A stretch of DNA of 63,376 nucleotides, the filler included, from Saprolegnia diclina VS20 (lineage: Eukaryota): NCBI RefSeq assembly GCF_000281045.1. It is 11 parts of 2 records of this genome, joined end to end, with 100 filler letters (N's around TTAATTAATTAA, not from the genome) between each part and the next. Parts side by side here need not be neighbours in the genome. Positions count along the whole stretch, not along the records: positions 57,806 to 63,376 come from NW_008246081.1; 10 more parts are not named here. One strand, given 5' to 3'. The notes beneath the pieces are model-generated. The model ran no database searches. It saw only the letters and a list, made by a program, of their open reading frames with translations, and was not told where the DNA came from. The translations under genes and the position numbers were made by a program. Below, in pieces: positions 60,515 to 63,376 of this stretch (position 1 is the first letter of the stretch; each line of letters begins with the position of its first letter).

Positions 60515-61854
60515 ATGGCGTCGGGGGCCAACTTCTTCCGGGTACGAACGTGCGTTGCGGACGCGGACGCTTATGACGACGCTGCTGTAGGGGACGTCCT
60601 TGGACCAGGACAGTCGGTTTTTCAATCACCACAAGAAACTGTTGGCGAAAATGAAATTCCCGGCGTCCTTTGGGCAGAAGGTACACCTCGCAAAGGTCAA
60701 CAAGGAAGTAATACACCAATGGATCACAGAGAAGATGCACGAGGTACTGGGCTTTGAGGACGACATTGTCGTCGCCATGACCATCAACCTCTTGGAGCCA
60801 GCCAATGCGCTGGAGCCCTTGGACCCAAAGGAGATGCAGGTCGCGCTCACGGGCTTCCTCGAAGGCGACGCGGCCGCCTTCATGGAAGAGCTCTGGAACC
60901 TCCTCTTGAGCGCCCAAGAAAACCCGACCGGCATCCCGCAAGTCTTCCTCGACAAGAAGAAGAAGGAGATGGAGCTCAAGCGCGCGGCCGAGCAGGAGCA
61001 ACGCGAGAAGATCCAAAAGAAGATCCAGGACATGCATGTCGCGGCCAAGACGCACGCGACGCAAGTCCGCGATCGCCAGCCGCCAAGTCGTCGCCCCGAC
61101 TCGCGCGACCGCCAGCCCCCGCGTGGCCGACAACGCTCCCGCGACCGCCGCGACCGGAGCCGATCTCGGGACCATGGCCGCCGCCGGTCGCCCAGCAAGA
61201 GCCCTCGCCGACGCAAGTCGTCGCCATCGCCGCGCCGCCGTGATCGCTCCAAGAAGGCCAGCGCGTCACCACGGCGTGCCTCGCCGCGCCGCAACGACGA
61301 CCGGTCCAAGAAGGCCAGTGCGTCGCCTGCGCGAACCAACGAACGGCCAACGAAAGCCAGCGTCTCGCCGCGGCGCAAGGACTCGACGGCGTCTGCCAAG
61401 GACACTGCGACGCCCGAACCCAAGGCGCCCAAGGACGGGTCGTCCAGTGCCCCAAAGAACGCAGCACCGACAGACACGTCGGGCGACTCGCCGGCAAAGA
61501 AGGACCAGTCGTCCGCGCGCCGGTCGCACTCCAAGGACCGTAAACGGCACCGGAGCCCAGAGCGTCGTCGCAGCCCCGACCGCCGTCGTAGCCCTGACCG
61601 CCGCCGTAGCCCTGACCGCCGACGCAGCCCTGATCGTCGTCGCCGTGGCAGCCCCGAACGCCGTCGTCGCTCGCGAAGCCGTGACCGCCGGTGCGTCATG
61701 ACATTCTCGTCCATGGTATTTCGCGATAGTCTAACCTTCGCATGATAGATCGCCGTCCAGAGACGAGTTTCAGCGGGAGAAGCGCCGCCGCATGTCGTCG
61801 GCGGACGAAGAGTCGCGGCTTCGCGAGAAGGCGGTCGCGTCGCTCAAGAAGTAG
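60515..61854 (+). CDS. SRRM1: SRRM1/SRm160-like PWI-domain RS protein. Introns 60542-60590 and 61691-61748
   Basis: FFR/GTSLDQDSRF...MKFP...KVN...WIT...LGFEDDIV (PWI), an RS-rich tail and a LREKA C-terminus. Confidence 0.9.
61551..61670 (+). repeat. Coding 18-bp tandem repeat (RRRSPD/E)
   Basis: About six units visible in both DNA and protein. Confidence 0.85.
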
Positions 61855-63376
61855 TTGCACTTACTCGACGAGTCTCTTTCCGTAATTCGTTGATATGAAC
61901 CCTATTCATGTTGGATATACAGCATTTGGTTGCGCGTCAGCCATCGTCTCGAGCTAACTGGTCGTTCACACGGCAGGTTTCCATGGACATGGGGTTCGTG
62001 AAGCCACCAACGCCCAGGCCGCAGACCAAGTTCAACGTGCACCCAATCAGCGAAGGCGTTGCTTGCTTGGCGATTTGGCCTTTCTCGCTACTGCAAAATC
62101 GAAACCTGAGCTTAGATACAACATTCAAAACTGGGCCTATTCAAACGATTGCATTGGTTCAAAGTTAGCGACTAGTCAAGTCGCGTCGCAGCGCCGAGCA
62201 GCCGTGGTTCGTGTGCTGATGCTGGAGTAAGTACGTCGTGTGATGTGGCGGTGGACTGCTCTTGCTGACGACGCGTCTCAATGTTGCGCTTGGGCCACAA
62301 GCGGGGGACTGCACGTGGCAGCGAACCGATACGAGCAGCGTGGGTTCCGTGAGTATATGTCGTTGGTGGATCGGGGTGGCTGTGCGCTGCTCTGAGGTTC
62401 AAAGCGAAGTGCTTCTTGTTCTTGTTCGAGACGGTGTTCGAGTTGTTGTTGTTGAGGTGGCTGCGTGCTGCCTTGGCTATTGTAGCACAGACAGCAGACG
62501 CCAACAGACGCGAGTAGACGCACGCAGCGTCCAGACGCGTCCGTCGGCAAGAAGAGAGGGTCATGGTGGTTCGGTGGCGGCTTGCTGTCTCGACGGACAA
62601 CGACGGGCGGGACTTGGCAACAAACAGCGTTCAAGTCAACAAAAGTCAAAAGTCGCGTGGTGGCTGTGAGCTGTTTTGGGGGCCGCGTCCGCCGAGGTCC
62701 GAGGAGAAGGATGGCTGCAGATTGTCTTCGCGGTGGCACCGAGGCCGCAACAGACAGTCGAGGTGAGTCTTGAGTGCCGACGCCGCGGCTGGTTACCATG
62801 ACGTCCGGAGCATGGCGAGCCAAATCAAAACTGAGGGCAGGAACGCAAGACGATGTTGTGGACCATCACTAACATAGATCTTGTTTGTAAAGTATGGTTA
62901 GGGGTGTGGAGAGAGAGCACCCTCACTCGGCATCAAGGCCACCATCACTCAGGATGGCTTTGTATCAAAGTCTCGATGCTGGTGGTGGTTTCTAGCACTA
63001 CGTGGCACTCATTTATGTGGGTGGTTGGGTGGTACTTTGGGGGTATTTGTGCCGATGACCTTTTTTCGCTCTCTGTGAGGGTGGACCAGTATGCTTAGGA
63101 CTCCTCGTACCCTGCCTCGTACAGGTAAATGGAGCGACAAGTGCAGCGACTTCCCCAATTCGAATAAAATACATACAAATTTGGCCTGAGAGCCACCCTA
63201 CGTACTTATTCCCCTATGCAGTAGTGCACCACTGGCGCCAATTTGAACGAAACATCCTGGGCACTGCAAATCTTACCAAAATAGCGTTTCATTCGTCAAT
63301 TTCAAAATACAGGCATTCTATTGGCGAAATTTGGTTTCCCATTTTGACCAATTGCGTGCCAGCACAGGAATTAGCA

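Noticed and set aside
60626..61714. 362-aa minus-strand Arg-rich ORF
   Set aside because: Antisense shadow of the SRRM1-like RS region.
61937..62823. Minus-strand ORFs near the window end
   Set aside because: No recognisable motif or consistent exon structure; left uncalled.

Overview
Eukaryotic draft-assembly DNA with GC-rich coding sequence and short (about 40-60 nt) GT-AG introns. Gene content and style suggest an oomycete, probably Saprolegniales (inference). Ten N-padded TTAATTAATTAA spacers show that contigs were stitched artificially, and about 33-44 kb contains duplicated or scrambled fragments. Conserved genes: midasin (MDN1, about 5374 aa, 3 exons), an ABCC transporter tail, isochorismatase-family hydrolase, S10 serine carboxypeptidase, START-domain protein, GT32 glycosyltransferase, calmodulin-lysine N-methyltransferase, ankyrin-repeat protein, EME1/MMS4-like ERCC4 protein, gamma-glutamyl hydrolase, epoxide hydrolase ending in AKL, and SRRM1-like PWI protein. 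The accessory content is the most interesting part: (1) six coiled-coil-BTB genes, four with a visible divergent SPRY/B30.2-like domain, showing mosaicism; (2) a BED-zinc-finger-BTB fusion broken by one base; (3) a multi-copy gene joining an uncharacterised domain to an FG-rich linker and two ZZ fingers; (4) a type II membrane pseudokinase-TM-NHL protein; (5) a palindromic ATCCGGAT motif, often paired, just upstream of many start codons; (6) a transposon-like contig with hairpin repeats and a perfect 22-bp-arm palindrome. Domain calls come from motif recognition by eye, not database searches.
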